A stretch of 64,000 nucleotides of DNA from Callorhinchus milii. Lineage: Eukaryota. The translations under genes and the position numbers were made by a program. The DNA is taken from the NCBI RefSeq assembly GCF_018977255.1, contig NW_024704743.1, positions 89,220,001 to 89,284,000 of the forward strand, written 5' to 3'. The notes below the pieces were generated by a model. It was given only the letters and a program-made list of their open reading frames with translations. It was not told the DNA's origin and did no database searches. This document shows positions 63,673 to 64,000 of this stretch, in pieces (within the stretch, counting starts at the first letter, position 1; each line of letters begins with the position of its first letter).

Positions 63673-63824
63673 TGCTGGAGAACGAAATGCTTTCCCAAAA
63701 TGTCGGTATTAAGCACTCCCACATTAGGTAAAGCACATTTAGATACAGAATAAAATTCTCTCTGCTGTTCTGTTCACTGTTCCACAACAATAAACAGGAA
63801 TATTTTACCCATGTGACCATTTAA

Positions 63825-64000
63825 TAAGCGAATGGAGTTTCTCCTGGTCTCTCGGCCACCAATCCCCTAAATAAAATTGGTCATTCACCACATTGCTCTT
63901 TGTGGGATATTGCTATTTGCAAATGTCCTGATTCCTTTGTATTCTTCGACAAATACACAGTCATTACTTACAGTATATGCTTGGCAGCGCTTTGAGATAA
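63825..64000 (+). mobile_element. Older SINE (Deu core end and tail), runs off the window
   Basis: ggagtttctcctggtctctcggccacc...tttgtgggatattgct...agcgctttgaga. Confidence 0.65.

Overview
Vertebrate genomic DNA, most likely a cartilaginous fish (shark/chimaera). This is inferred from the repeat repertoire: L2-clade LINEs with (TTG)n tails, CR1 LINEs, a tRNA-Ala-headed SINE with (ATT)n tails, Deu-domain SINEs and Penelope pseudo-LTRs. The only host coding sequence I can support is one 149-bp exon on the + strand (42834-42982) of a membrane-type matrix metalloproteinase, best matching MMP16 exon 2, so the window is probably intronic on both sides of it. Almost every other ORF in the track is a retroelement fragment or a chance ORF. 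The less ordinary items are: (i) an unclassified, structured, A-tailed non-coding retroposon family with about 8-9 copies sharing a 3' GTCAG-N8-CTGAC stem-loop; (ii) Penelope-type minimal hammerhead-ribozyme relics, one inside a palindrome; (iii) a CpG-rich LTR-like insert with a hydrophobic ORF; (iv) signs of SINE/LINE tail sharing and swapping; and (v) candidate conserved enhancers. Repeat boundaries were read by eye and are approximate unless a target-site duplication (TSD) is quoted.
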